Shown here one piece after another: positions 1 to 9,569 of a stretch of 42,590 nucleotides of DNA. The first letter of the stretch is position 1. Every line of letters begins with the position of its first letter. The notes under the pieces were generated by a model, which worked only from the letters and a program-made list of their open reading frames with translations, did no database searches and was not told the DNA's origin. The stretch covers positions 1 through 42,590 of the forward strand of contig JAFCCC010000010.1 of assembly GCA_017610385.1 (NCBI GenBank), written 5' to 3'. A program made the translations under genes and the position numbers. The stretch comes from Candidatus Nanohalarchaeota archaeon. Lineage in GTDB: Archaea; Nanohalarchaeota; Nanosalinia; Nanosalinales; JAFCCC01.

Positions 1-97
1 CTTTTGTGCAAAAAGCTTATTCGCTTAGGCCTTTACTAAAAAGGCTTAGTGAGTTACACTCGTAACTCGCTGTTTGCTTGAGCTTTGTAAAAGCTCA
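1..97. repeat. Cluster of modular hairpin repeats (modules B, A1, A2 and an A1 variant), truncated by window edge
   Basis: TTCGCTTAGGCCTTTACTAAAAAGGCTTA + GTGAGTTACACTCGTAACTCGCTGTT matches the units at 8029-8183 and 42451-42590; CTTTTGTGCAAAAAGCTTAT matches 7268-7287 and 12696-12715. Confidence 0.9.
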
Positions 98-99
98 AA

Positions 100-173
100 T
101 GGACTCGTCGGGATTCGAACCCGAGGCCTTTCGCTTGCAAAGCGAACGATCTACCAGACTGATCTACGAGCCC
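100..173 (-). tRNA. tRNA-Ala(TGC), no intron, downstream of 16S
   Basis: Reverse complement GGGCTCGTAGATCAG...TTCGC-TT-TGC-AA-GCGAA...GGTTCGAATCCCGACGAGTCCA forms a cloverleaf. Confidence 0.97.
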
Positions 174-220
174 GAACTGCTGTCAGTTCGATCAACAGAG
201 CGCGTTATAAATAACGCACT
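174..220. repeat. Hairpin module C plus variant A2 hairpin in the 16S-tRNA-Ala spacer
   Basis: GAACTG-CTGT-CAGTTC then AGCGCGTTA-TAAA-TAACGCACT; same layout at 6504-6554; 23 nt identical (inverted) to 11935-11957. Confidence 0.75.
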
Positions 221-242
221 ACTCTCGTAGTCTGGTTTACTT

Positions 243-269
243 TGTACGGTTATGTTATAGATGCTTTAT
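243..269 (-). other. 3' strand of the pre-16S processing stem (BHB-like)
   Basis: RNA AUAAAG-CAUC-UAUA-ACAUAACCGUACA pairs with leader UGUAUGGUUAUGU-GGUG-AAA-CUUUAU (1781-1806), giving bulge/4-bp helix/bulge. Confidence 0.75.
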
Positions 270-281
270 TAAAAGTATAAT

Positions 282-1748
<1,467 letters not shown>

Positions 1749-1780
1749 TAATGACAGGTGTACATTTCATTACACAATCA

Positions 1781-1806
1781 ATAAAGTTTCACCACATAAC
1801 CATACA
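1781..1806 (-). other. 5' strand of the pre-16S processing stem (BHB-like)
   Basis: Complementary to 243-269 (13-bp, 4-bp and 6-bp helices). Confidence 0.75.
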
Positions 1807-1998
1807 TCTAACCTCTAAAAGCAGAGGCTATCATATCTCGATTCCTTATTGTAAGGAATCCTATTTTGAAAATTGTAGTACGCCTATGCGCTTATGAATC
1901 TACTCATAAGCATAAACTGCGTATACATCAGAACTTGTGGTCCTTCATCAGGTTAAATATATAACCCATACATTTCTAAATAGTTCTACAAACTCAAG

Positions 1999-2012
1999 CT
2001 TAAATACTTTTT
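1999..2012 (-). promoter_or_regulatory. Candidate BRE/TATA promoter of the rRNA transcript
   Basis: Minus strand AAAAAGTATTTAAG upstream of the hairpin-rich 16S leader; the AT-rich context makes this weak. Confidence 0.35.
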
Positions 2013-2071
2013 GTCCACTTAATTGATAAATTACAGAACCATTATTAACTCTTCTCTATAATTATTTAAAA

Positions 2072-3199
2072 ATGACCCAATGGCTTCATTATTTACATGG
2101 AATTCATATTAAAGGAGAACTAAAAGAATTGTACCTTAATTTAGCTATTAGAAACTTTGCACTTTCTTTAATCGCAGTTTTTATACCAATTTATCTTTTA
2201 AATTTAGGTTATTTACTTAATCAAGTTATATTATATCAATTAGTTTATTTCGCAGTTGCTGGTATATTTGCAATACCTACTGCTTTTTTGTCCTCAAAAT
2301 ATGGCTTTAAACATATCGTAGTTATTTCAATTCCATTAATGTTACTGCAAATGGTTTTATTATTTTCTTTAGAATACTCTAAGGTTCCACTTTATTTAAT
2401 TGCATTTTTAGGAGGACTATCAATGATCTTCTATTGGCTGCCTTTAAATGCTGATTTTGCTAAAAATTCAGATAAAAAACATAGAGGTAAACAAGCTGGA
2501 TTTTTAAATGCAGTTTCTAGTGCATCCCACTTATTGGGACCGTTAATTGGTGCTTTACTCTTAAAATTTTTCAGTTTTCACTTATTATTTTTTATCGTTT
2601 TACTTTTAATGATCATTTCAACAGTTCCTTTATTTTGGACTTTAGATATCCGAGAAAAATCTGATCTAAGATTCAAAGTTATCTTTTCTAAGAGGCATTT
2701 TAAGTATTTAATTAAATTTATTGGACAGGGAATGTATTATGTAGGAGAGGGGTTTATTTGGCCTCTATTTCTTTTCCTGTTTGTTTATGATACATTAAAT
2801 GTAGGTATTGCTACTACATTAAAGGGAGGCGGTGCTATTGTTTTCGCATTAATTCTCGGAAAATTAAGTGATTTGAAAGGGCGAAAATCTTTGATAAAAA
2901 TCGGAGCCGTTCTTTATTCTCTGCTTTGGATTTTCAGGCAATTTTTTCAGGGACCCATCCATGTTTTTATTTTCTCATTTTTAGGAGGACTCTTATTAAC
3001 TATGACAAATATTCCGTTTTTTGCTAAGGTCTCTGATGAAGCAAATAAAGAAGACATTTTAGAATTTATGACTTTTAGAGAAATCGCATTATCTATCGGG
3101 CGCCTGATTTTATTAACAATTTTGGTTTTGGTATCTTATAAATTCGCCATGGGTTTTTCGTTAGCTGCACTAGGTCATTTGCCTTTTATCTTGTGGTAG
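2072..3199 (+). CDS. MFS transporter
   Basis: ~11-12 hydrophobic segments; MFS motif-A-like GKLSDLKGRK. Confidence 0.85.
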   Translation: MTQWLHYLHGIHIKGELKELYLNLAIRNFALSLIAVFIPIYLLNLGYLLNQVILYQLVYFAVAGIFAIPTAFLSSKYGFKHIVVISIPLMLLQMVLLFSLEYSKVPLYLIAFLGGLSMIFYWLPLNADFAKNSDKKHRGKQAGFLNAVSSASHLLGPLIGALLLKFFSFHLLFFIVLLLMIISTVPLFWTLDIREKSDLRFKVIFSKRHFKYLIKFIGQGMYYVGEGFIWPLFLFLFVYDTLNVGIATTLKGGGAIVFALILGKLSDLKGRKSLIKIGAVLYSLLWIFRQFFQGPIHVFIFSFLGGLLLTMTNIPFFAKVSDEANKEDILEFMTFREIALSIGRLILLTILVLVSYKFAMGFSLAALGHLPFILW

Positions 3200-3284
3200 T
3201 TGTTCTTTAATATAAGTATTGCTGTGAAGGTTGCTTCGGAGAAGCCGAATGCAGCCTAAAGTGCTGCCTGATTTCACAGGCAAA

Positions 3285-3416
3285 TGGACTGACCGGGAAT
3301 CGAACCCGGAGTCTCTGCCAATTTCTAATTGTGAAGTCTTCTATGAAAGACCACTAACCCATTCATTGAATTTGCAGTTATGCGAAGGCAGCGTCATTCC
3401 GTTAGACCACCAGCCC
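3285..3416 (-). tRNA. tRNA-Ala(CGC) with 60-nt intron at 37/38 (3321-3380)
   Basis: GGGCTGGTGGTCTA...CTGCC-TT-CGC-A [intron] T-GGCAG...GGTTCGATTCCCGGTCAGTCCA. Confidence 0.92.
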
Positions 3417-3517
3417 ATATTTTGTTTTTATTTTGAGAGTATAAATTATATTTTCTATCAGAGTCATTTAAATAGAGTACTTATTTAATAAACTATTAAT
3501 TCTAATGTATTTCTAAT

Positions 3518-4225
3518 ATGTCAAAAAAAATAATAGATGCTCGTTCTAAAACCGGTATAAAAGGACTAGATAAAATGTTATTTGGAGGCATACCTTCTGG
3601 AAATTTAGTTATGTTAACGGGTTGTCCCGGAACTGGAAAAACTATTTTGGCGTTATCTTTCTTATTACAAGGTGCAAAAGAAGGAATAAAGAGCTTATAT
3701 ATTTCCTTGAATGAGCCTGTACAAAATATACGCAAACATGCCTTAATGGTGGGTTTAGATTTAGAAGAATATGAAAAAAAAGGATTACTTCTAATCAAAG
3801 GCTCAACGCATTTAGAGGTTACAGATCCAATTGGAGATATTGCGCATCATGTAAGCAATTTTGGTGCTCAAAGATTAGTGATTGATCCAATTAATGTATT
3901 AGGTGCTTATATAGGAAGTGCTCAAAAATTAAGAAAGAAAATTTTAGATTTGAATGAAACACTTTCTATGCACAATTGTACAACACTTACTATTTCTGAA
4001 ATACGAGAAGGAAGTCAACACATTTCCGCTTATGGAATAGAAGAATTTGTTTGTGATGGAATTATTATTATATACTACTTAAAAAAAGCAGACACGTATG
4101 AAAGAGCAATATGTGTTAGAAAAATGAGAGGATCTCAACATTCTAAAGAAATACGTCCCATGACTATTTCTCAAGGGGGGATTAAAGTATTCCCAACAGA
4201 AGAAATTCTTGGATCTGGAATATAA
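3518..4225 (+). CDS. KaiC/RAD55-family RecA-superfamily ATPase (single domain)
   Basis: TGIKGLDKMLFGGIP, Walker A GCPGTGKT, LVIDP, RKMRGSQH. Confidence 0.9.
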   Translation: MSKKIIDARSKTGIKGLDKMLFGGIPSGNLVMLTGCPGTGKTILALSFLLQGAKEGIKSLYISLNEPVQNIRKHALMVGLDLEEYEKKGLLLIKGSTHLEVTDPIGDIAHHVSNFGAQRLVIDPINVLGAYIGSAQKLRKKILDLNETLSMHNCTTLTISEIREGSQHISAYGIEEFVCDGIIIIYYLKKADTYERAICVRKMRGSQHSKEIRPMTISQGGIKVFPTEEILGSGI

Positions 4226-4263
4226 AATCAAGCTAATTCTACAGCTTTTTAAGAAAAATAAAG

Positions 4264-4337
4264 GGTGAATGCCGGGATTCGGACCCGGGACAGGCGGGCC
4301 ACAGCCACCCAGTTTAACCAACTAGCCTACATCCACC
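4264..4337 (-). tRNA. tRNA-His(GTG), encoded G-1, atypical T-loop (TCCGAAT)
   Basis: G-GTGGATG/CATTCAC-C acceptor stem; GGTGG-CT-GTG-GC-CCGCC anticodon arm. Confidence 0.9.
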
Positions 4338-4544
4338 ATAAACTACAGTTAACTTAACCCATCGAGACAACATTCCAGTGGAAGTCACCTACAGAGTTAA
4401 GTAATCTAAACTTTCTTTACTTTATTCTATTTAACGAAGATTTTTAAAGTTAAGTGGGTAAAGGCACAATCTTTGTTCATAGTGTTCCTTAAAGCAGCTT
4501 AGCTAATTTGTACTAACTTTTAGATTTTCCCGTTAGTCAAACGA

Positions 4545-4631
4545 ATATAACAAGGATTAAACAGAAAACGCCTCAGCCCGCCATTTTCCTAAATTCGCCT
4601 TTGACAACTTCGTTAAATTCTTGTGTTAATC
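4545..4631 (+). other. Solo integron attC-like imperfect palindrome
   Basis: ATATAAC-AAGGATTAAAC ... CTTCGTTAAATTCTTGT-GTTAATC; shares AACTTCGTTAAATT with the attC-like site at 37650-37795. Confidence 0.5.
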
Positions 4632-4670
4632 ATTTCATTTAGTATTATTGTAAAATCAAGAGAAAAGGAG

Positions 4671-4753
4671 TGCAGGGGATGAGATTTGAACTCACGAACT
4701 CCTATGAGACTGGGTCCTAAACCCAGCGCCGTTGACCACTTGGCTACCCCTGC
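4671..4753 (-). tRNA. tRNA-Leu(TAG), no intron
   Basis: GCAGGGG acceptor, CTGGG-TT-TAG-GA-CCCAG, long variable arm, GTTCAAATC. Confidence 0.96.
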
Positions 4754-4874
4754 AACTGATGTATTAATTAGTACGCCAAAACCTTGTAAACAATTCACTT
4801 AAAATGTTTTTAGTAGAAAGATTTAAAATACATATTGATACTTCTTAAGTTTTACGTCTGGTTCTTATACAATA

Positions 4875-6290
4875 TTACTTTTTTAGATTTAGGAAAGCAG
4901 AGAACGCTCTGAATGCCTGATAAATATCCGCTTTTGAGGAAATTTCGTACGGAGAGTGCATTCCTAAAACCGAAATTCCGGTGTCAATCACGTTCATACC
5001 TCTATGAGCCAAGTAAGCCGCAATAGTTCCTCCACCACCAAAATCAACTTTTCCTAATTCTCCAGCTTGCCAAGGAACTTTATTCTGATTATAAAGCGTT
5101 CTAATTTTACTTACATATTCTGCATGAGCGTCATTCGCATTATATTTTCCACCAGATCCCGTATACTTCGTTAAGCAAAGCCCATGACCTAATCTTGTAG
5201 AATTTTTAGGATCATGCACGTCAGGATAAGTTGGATTAAATGCTCCATCTACATCCGCAGACAAAACCTCAGATTTTCTAAATACTTCAGAAAGTGTAGA
5301 ATATTTTACTTCACAGCCTTCTAAATCAAGTAGTTTAGAAACAAAATTTTCTAAAAATAAAGATTGTGCGCCAGTACTACTTTCACTACCAATTTCTTCT
5401 TTATCAAAGAAGCAGGTTAAAACAGTATAAGTTGGATTAGCTGTTAAAAGTGCTTTAAAGGAAATAAACACATGAGAACGGTCGTCTTGGCCATAGCCAC
5501 CAATCATACTTCTATCTAAACCTACATCTCTTGGTTCTAACGCAGGAACTAATTCTAGTTCTGCACTTACTAAATCTTCTTCTTTAATTCCATATTGTTC
5601 ATTCAGAATTTTCAGAATGTTTAATTTTACTTTTTCTTCAATTTTTTCGTCTTCAAAAGGAATATTTCCAATTAAAACATTTAATTCCTCTCCTTCAACT
5701 ACTTTGTAACCTTTTCTATTTGCTTGATCTTTGCCTAAGTGTGGTAAAAGATCTGAAATTACAAACACAGGATCCTCTTTTTTACTTCCAATAGAAATAT
5801 CAATCTTCTTTTCATCGTTTGTAAATACAACTCCTTTTAGTTCTAGAGGCACATTAACCCACTGATATTTCTTAATTCCCCCATAATAGTGGGTTTTCAA
5901 TAATCCTATTCCCTGGTCTTCATATAAGGGATTTGGTTTGAGGTCAATTCTAGGAGAATCTAAGTGGGACCCAATAATCTTTAAACCATCGGACGGCTTT
6001 TTTTTACCTAGTATTCCAAGAACAACCAGTTTCTTATTAAATACAGAATAAACTTTCAAACCCTCTTTGTATTTTCTAACAACATCAATATCTTTGAAAC
6101 CTTCTTTTCTGGCATTTTTAACTAAAAATTCCGCAACATCTCTTTCTGTTTTACACTCAGAAAGAAAATCTTTGTAGTCTTTTGAAAATAAAATAATTTC
6201 TTGTTTCTTTCCAAATTCCCAAGCGCTTTTATCTATCTTAGATAGTTTTTTTTGTAAAAGTTGTCCTTTTGTTTTAGTTTCTTTTGCCAT
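4875..6290 (-). CDS. M18-family aminopeptidase
   Basis: CKTER, GSHLDSPRIDLKP, GQDDR, DKEEIGS, SADV, MHSPYE motifs. Confidence 0.92.
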   Translation of the reverse strand: MAKETKTKGQLLQKKLSKIDKSAWEFGKKQEIILFSKDYKDFLSECKTERDVAEFLVKNARKEGFKDIDVVRKYKEGLKVYSVFNKKLVVLGILGKKKPSDGLKIIGSHLDSPRIDLKPNPLYEDQGIGLLKTHYYGGIKKYQWVNVPLELKGVVFTNDEKKIDISIGSKKEDPVFVISDLLPHLGKDQANRKGYKVVEGEELNVLIGNIPFEDEKIEEKVKLNILKILNEQYGIKEEDLVSAELELVPALEPRDVGLDRSMIGGYGQDDRSHVFISFKALLTANPTYTVLTCFFDKEEIGSESSTGAQSLFLENFVSKLLDLEGCEVKYSTLSEVFRKSEVLSADVDGAFNPTYPDVHDPKNSTRLGHGLCLTKYTGSGGKYNANDAHAEYVSKIRTLYNQNKVPWQAGELGKVDFGGGGTIAAYLAHRGMNVIDTGISVLGMHSPYEISSKADIYQAFRAFSAFLNLKK

Positions 6291-6352
6291 ACAACAGTAT
6301 AGTTCTGTCTCTTAAATATAGTTTTCGGAAAACTTTTTTCAAAATAAATAGA

Positions 6353-6503
6353 TGCCCCGTCCGGGATTCGAACCCGGGTCGCCGGCTGTCTTTTCAGAAT
6401 CATACCTTTCTAATCGAAAGGCCGGAATGAATTGCCCAACATCCCTCTTAAATCACTTCCTGAAAAGAGGAACTGATGTTTGGCCAGGCTACACTAACGG
6501 GGC
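6353..6503 (-). tRNA. tRNA-Glu(TTC) with two introns: D-loop (~6431-6479, ~49 nt) and 37/38 (6388-6414, 27 nt)
   Basis: Removing both gives GCCCCGTTAGTGTAGCCTGGCCAATCATTCCGGCCTTTCGAGCCGGCGACCCGGGTTCGAATCCCGGACGGGGCA. Confidence 0.9.
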
Positions 6504-6601
6504 AACTGAATTGTCAGTTGACACCAACAGCGAGTTAACCAATTGTTAACTCACCTCAATACTTTCTAATTTTCGCTTAAGCCTTTTATTAAAAAGGCTT
6601 A
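6504..6601. repeat. Hairpin modules C + inverted A2 + A1 in the tRNA-Glu 5' flank
   Basis: AACTGA-ATTG-TCAGTT; AACAGCGAGTTAAC..GTTAACTCAC; TTCGCTTAAGCCTTTTATTAAAAAGGCTTA. Confidence 0.85.
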
Positions 6602-6645
6602 CTTGATAACCATTCTATCATAGATTATTTAAATGTAATTGTGAT

Positions 6646-6954
6646 TCAAGATTTAGAAATATGTTGCTTAATTTCTTCTAAGTCTTTTTCAGTTAATTCA
6701 TAAGCAGTTCCACTAAAGAATCCCTCTTCTATATAAGAATCTCCAAATTCTACTCTTGCTGGTTCAGTTAGTCTTATTTGGACTAGGACACTATATGCAT
6801 CAGCCATAGAGTCATAACTTCCAATCTCTATTGCAATCTCAGAGTAATCATCGCCCAAAATGCCCAATAAGCCATAAGGTCCTTCAATTTCATCTGGCCA
6901 AATATCATCTTTCAGTCTTTCTTGAATATATTTTGCAAGTGCTTCTGGATCCAT
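6646..6954 (-). CDS. Hypothetical acidic protein (~102 aa)
   Basis: Open frame with protein-like D/E-rich composition between two tRNA genes; ATG at 6954 (track starts at 6963). Confidence 0.65.
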   Translation of the reverse strand: MDPEALAKYIQERLKDDIWPDEIEGPYGLLGILGDDYSEIAIEIGSYDSMADAYSVLVQIRLTEPARVEFGDSYIEEGFFSGTAYELTEKDLEEIKQHISKS

Positions 6955-7021
6955 ATTACTCACTATTTACTAGTAGTAGTATTTATTTATAAATACATAT
7001 ATTCTTTAGAATATATATGCA

Positions 7022-7372
7022 TGGGCCAGTCGGGATTTGAACCCGAGTCTACACCAGTTTGTGCGCGGAAGTGTATTTGTTTATTTCGCTTAAGCCTTTA
7101 CTAAAAGGCTTATTTTGCTTGAATTGGAAATATGTTGATTTCCGATTTAGGAAACTTAACAAGTTTCCGTGAGCTTTTATCTGAAAAGCTCATTTTATTT
7201 TCGCTTAAGCCTTTTACTGAAAAGGCTTAGTGGTAACGTACTTTTGCTTAAGATTTTTGCACGTTTACTTTTGTGCAAAAAGCTTATTTTGCTTAAGCTT
7301 TTATTTAAAAAGCTTATGTGCAAAAAGGCGCTCCCCAAGGTGCAATGCTAGTCCGGACTACACCACCGGCCC
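7022..7372 (-). tRNA. tRNA-Pro(GGG) with 276-nt repeat-filled intron at 37/38 (7057-7332)
   Basis: 5' exon GGGCCGGTGGTGTAGTCCGGACTAGCATTGCACCTTGGGG; 3' exon TGGTGTAGACTCGGGTTCAAATCCCGACTGGCCCA; relaxed BHB with GCGC/GCGC outer helix. Confidence 0.88.
7057..7332. repeat. Array of ~7 hairpin modules inside the tRNA-Pro intron
   Basis: A1 at ~7085 and ~7200, A1 variants at 7170 and 7294, B at ~7254, two further hairpins at ~7122 and 7150; 7225-7289 identical to 12653-12717. Confidence 0.9.
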
Positions 7373-7462
7373 ATTAGTTAATTTATTCATCAAATCAATT
7401 ATTGATTTTAAATATGAATCATGTTTGTGAAAGTTATATAGTATTTTAAGTAATTTTAATTT

Positions 7463-7735
7463 ATGCGAAAACACTTAAAAAAAATAAGAAAATCCATAAT
7501 TACAAAAGAAGAATTAATCGCCGACATAATATTTTTAGCGATCTCTGCGTTTGTTTCATTCCTTTTCATCTTTCTATTTGATATTCATCACAGTTTTTAT
7601 GAGTGGCCAATGACTTTGAAGTTTATTTTCAAAACACAGGCACCATATATGTTATTCACACCTATTGGCACGATTGTTGGGTTTATTCTAATAAAATTGC
7701 TCTTGCTTGGATTGAAAGAAGAGGAAAAGCTCTAA
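7463..7735 (+). CDS. Small hypothetical membrane protein (2 TM)
   Basis: 90 aa, two hydrophobic stretches, basic N-terminus. Confidence 0.7.
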   Translation: MRKHLKKIRKSIITKEELIADIIFLAISAFVSFLFIFLFDIHHSFYEWPMTLKFIFKTQAPYMLFTPIGTIVGFILIKLLLLGLKEEEKL

Positions 7736-7798
7736 TGTGCTTATTTCAATCTGAAAAACCTTATTTGATTGTAAACAGCATATTGCAATATAAAAGAT

Positions 7799-7996
7799 TT
7801 AAGCTTTCTTATGTTTAGAAATGTCTTCTAGCAAATCAACTTGGCTTAGAAATGCAGTTCTACAACAATAGCTTTTTATTCCAAGAATATCTAATGCTTC
7901 TTTAGCCGTTTTACCTTGTGATAGATAGTCTTTATATGGCTGCCATTTGTCTCCTATTACTCTCCCACACGTTATACATCTTACTGGAATTATCAT
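7799..7996 (-). CDS. rpoN: RNA polymerase subunit N (Rpo10)
   Basis: MIIPVRCITCG...YCCR; position after rps9. Confidence 0.97.
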   Translation of the reverse strand: MIIPVRCITCGRVIGDKWQPYKDYLSQGKTAKEALDILGIKSYCCRTAFLSQVDLLEDISKHKKA

Positions 7997-8005
7997 TTTG
8001 ACCTC

Positions 8006-8183
8006 TGAGCTGCAGTCAGCTCAATTTCATTTTGGCTTAAGCCTTTTATTAAAAAGGCTTAGTGAGTTACACTCGTAACTCGCTGTTAAATTTTGGCTTA
8101 AGCCTTTTATTAAAAAGGCTTAGTGAGTTACACTCGTAACTCGCTGTTAAATTTTGGCTTAAGCCTTTTATTAAAAAGGCTTA
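8006..8183. repeat. Module C variant + tandem 61-bp two-hairpin repeat (2.5 copies)
   Basis: Units start at 8029, 8090 and 8151 and are identical; each is TAAGCCTTTT-ATTA-AAAAGGCTTA + GTGAGTTAC-ACTC-GTAACTCGC. Confidence 0.95.
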
Positions 8184-8573
8184 CCTATATGATTTCTGTC
8201 TCTTATGCCTTGGCCCTTTAGAACTTTGACTTGGTTTATGTACCTCTGTTCTTCTTGAATCCTCTACCAATAAGTTCCGATCATAAGCCAAAAATTTATT
8301 TTTCAAATTTTCATCTTTTGTATATTCTAAAAGTGCTCGTGCAATAGCTAATCTAACTGCTTCTGCCTGACCCATTTGTCCGCCACCAGTCACATTAGCA
8401 CGAATATCCACGTTAGTGATGCCAGATAACCTTAGTGGTTCTAAAATCATTAATTGCAAGTAATGTGGCCAGTTTTCTAAAGATTCCTTATTAATGCTAA
8501 TTTTTCCAGTTCCTTCCTTTACTGTCACCCGTGCTTTCGCAGTTTTTCGTTTTCCAACACTAAATACTACCAT
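8181..8573 (-). CDS. rps9: 30S ribosomal protein S9
   Basis: GKRKTAKAR, GGGQMGQAEAVRLAIARAL, QKSYR C-terminus. Confidence 0.98.
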   Translation of the reverse strand: MVVFSVGKRKTAKARVTVKEGTGKISINKESLENWPHYLQLMILEPLRLSGITNVDIRANVTGGGQMGQAEAVRLAIARALLEYTKDENLKNKFLAYDRNLLVEDSRRTEVHKPSQSSKGPRHKRQKSYR

Positions 8574-8986
8574 TATAACGTCACCTTTGATCCCAAATGT
8601 TTTGAAATTTCACCTAATTTAACATAACGTCCTTTCCTTAATTTATGTTCAATATTAAAACTATCTATTTTTTCATTCAAATATTGTTCAGGAATAGATC
8701 TAAAAACTTTTAATTGACTTAAGCATTTTCTTCCTCGTCTGTTTTTTGGCAACATTCCACGCACACATCTCTTCATAATTCGTTCAGGCGCTCTCGGAAA
8801 AAAAGGTCCGGTATGTCTCTGACCTCTATCAAATTTCTTTTTGTATTCTGTTTGCAACTGAACTTTTTCACCAGAAACAATTGATTCTTGTGCATTAAGA
8901 ACTATGATTTCAGTGCCTTTCTGCAGTTCTTTAGCTAATTCACTTGAAAATCGTCCTAGTATTTGATTTTTCGCATCTAATATCAT
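8573..8986 (-). CDS. rpl13: 50S ribosomal protein L13
   Basis: ILDAKNQILGR, VRGMLP; synteny. Confidence 0.97.
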   Translation of the reverse strand: MILDAKNQILGRFSSELAKELQKGTEIIVLNAQESIVSGEKVQLQTEYKKKFDRGQRHTGPFFPRAPERIMKRCVRGMLPKNRRGRKCLSQLKVFRSIPEQYLNEKIDSFNIEHKLRKGRYVKLGEISKHLGSKVTL

Positions 8987-9342
8987 TTTAAAATCCTCAA
9001 ACCACTTCCTTTTGGATTCTTCTTTATAATCTCCTCAAAATTCATAAAAGCACCATTTTTACTAATTTTCATTTTTGCAGATTGAGATGCTCCAAAAGCT
9101 ACAACAATAACCTTTTTATCTAATTCTCCAAAGCCCAAAACCTTTCCCGGAATAATAACTGTTTCTCCTTCTTTAGCAAATTTATTAATTTTAGAAAGAT
9201 TAACTGAGGCCTTATTTGGTCCAGATTTAGCCAAGGTTTCCGCTACTTTAATCCAAACACTAGCATTTTCTTTTCTTCCTTGCTTCTCTAATTTTAATAG
9301 TGTTTCTTTTAAAACACTGTTTGTTGACCTTGTTTTAATCAT
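8983..9342 (-). CDS. rpl18e: 50S ribosomal protein L18e
   Basis: VNLSKIN, IPGKVLGFG; synteny. Confidence 0.97.
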   Translation of the reverse strand: MIKTRSTNSVLKETLLKLEKQGRKENASVWIKVAETLAKSGPNKASVNLSKINKFAKEGETVIIPGKVLGFGELDKKVIVVAFGASQSAKMKISKNGAFMNFEEIIKKNPKGSGLRILK

Positions 9343-9376
9343 TGTTAATTTCTCTTCAGGTACTTTTTTAAATCTT

Positions 9377-9498
9377 TGCGGGGGATGAGATTCGAACTCA
9401 CGAAAGCACTAAGCTACAGGATATCTCATCATAGCATTACACTCAATACTTAAGTATTAACTTAAGTCCTGCCCCGTTGGCCGCTTGGGTACCCCCGC
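9377..9498 (-). tRNA. tRNA-Leu(TAA) with 38-nt intron at 37/38 (9423-9460)
   Basis: GCGGGGG acceptor; CAGGA-CT-TAA-G [intron] A-TCCTG; long variable arm. Confidence 0.92.
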
Positions 9499-9569
9499 AA
9501 GTTGCTATTATATGAAAATCAAAGATTTTCTTAAATTACGAAATCCTGTCACAAGCATTATTTTATAAC

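Noticed and set aside
4345-4405. Small ncRNA (5S, SRP, H/ACA) upstream of tRNA-His
   Set aside because: Only an ACTTAAC/GTTAAGT stem; no diagnostic motifs
3231-7104. Short ORFs over tRNAs (3231-3488, 4079-4321, 4613-4798, 6352-6549, 6922-7104)
   Set aside because: Overlap tRNA genes; spurious
8029-8183. CRISPR array (palindromic repeats with ~60-bp period; also 42451-42590)
   Set aside because: Whole units repeat with no unique spacers, and there are no cas genes in the window
9423-9460. Box C/D guide RNA in tRNA introns (ATGATGA in the Leu intron)
   Set aside because: No downstream D box; no intron shows a complete C/D'/C'/D layout
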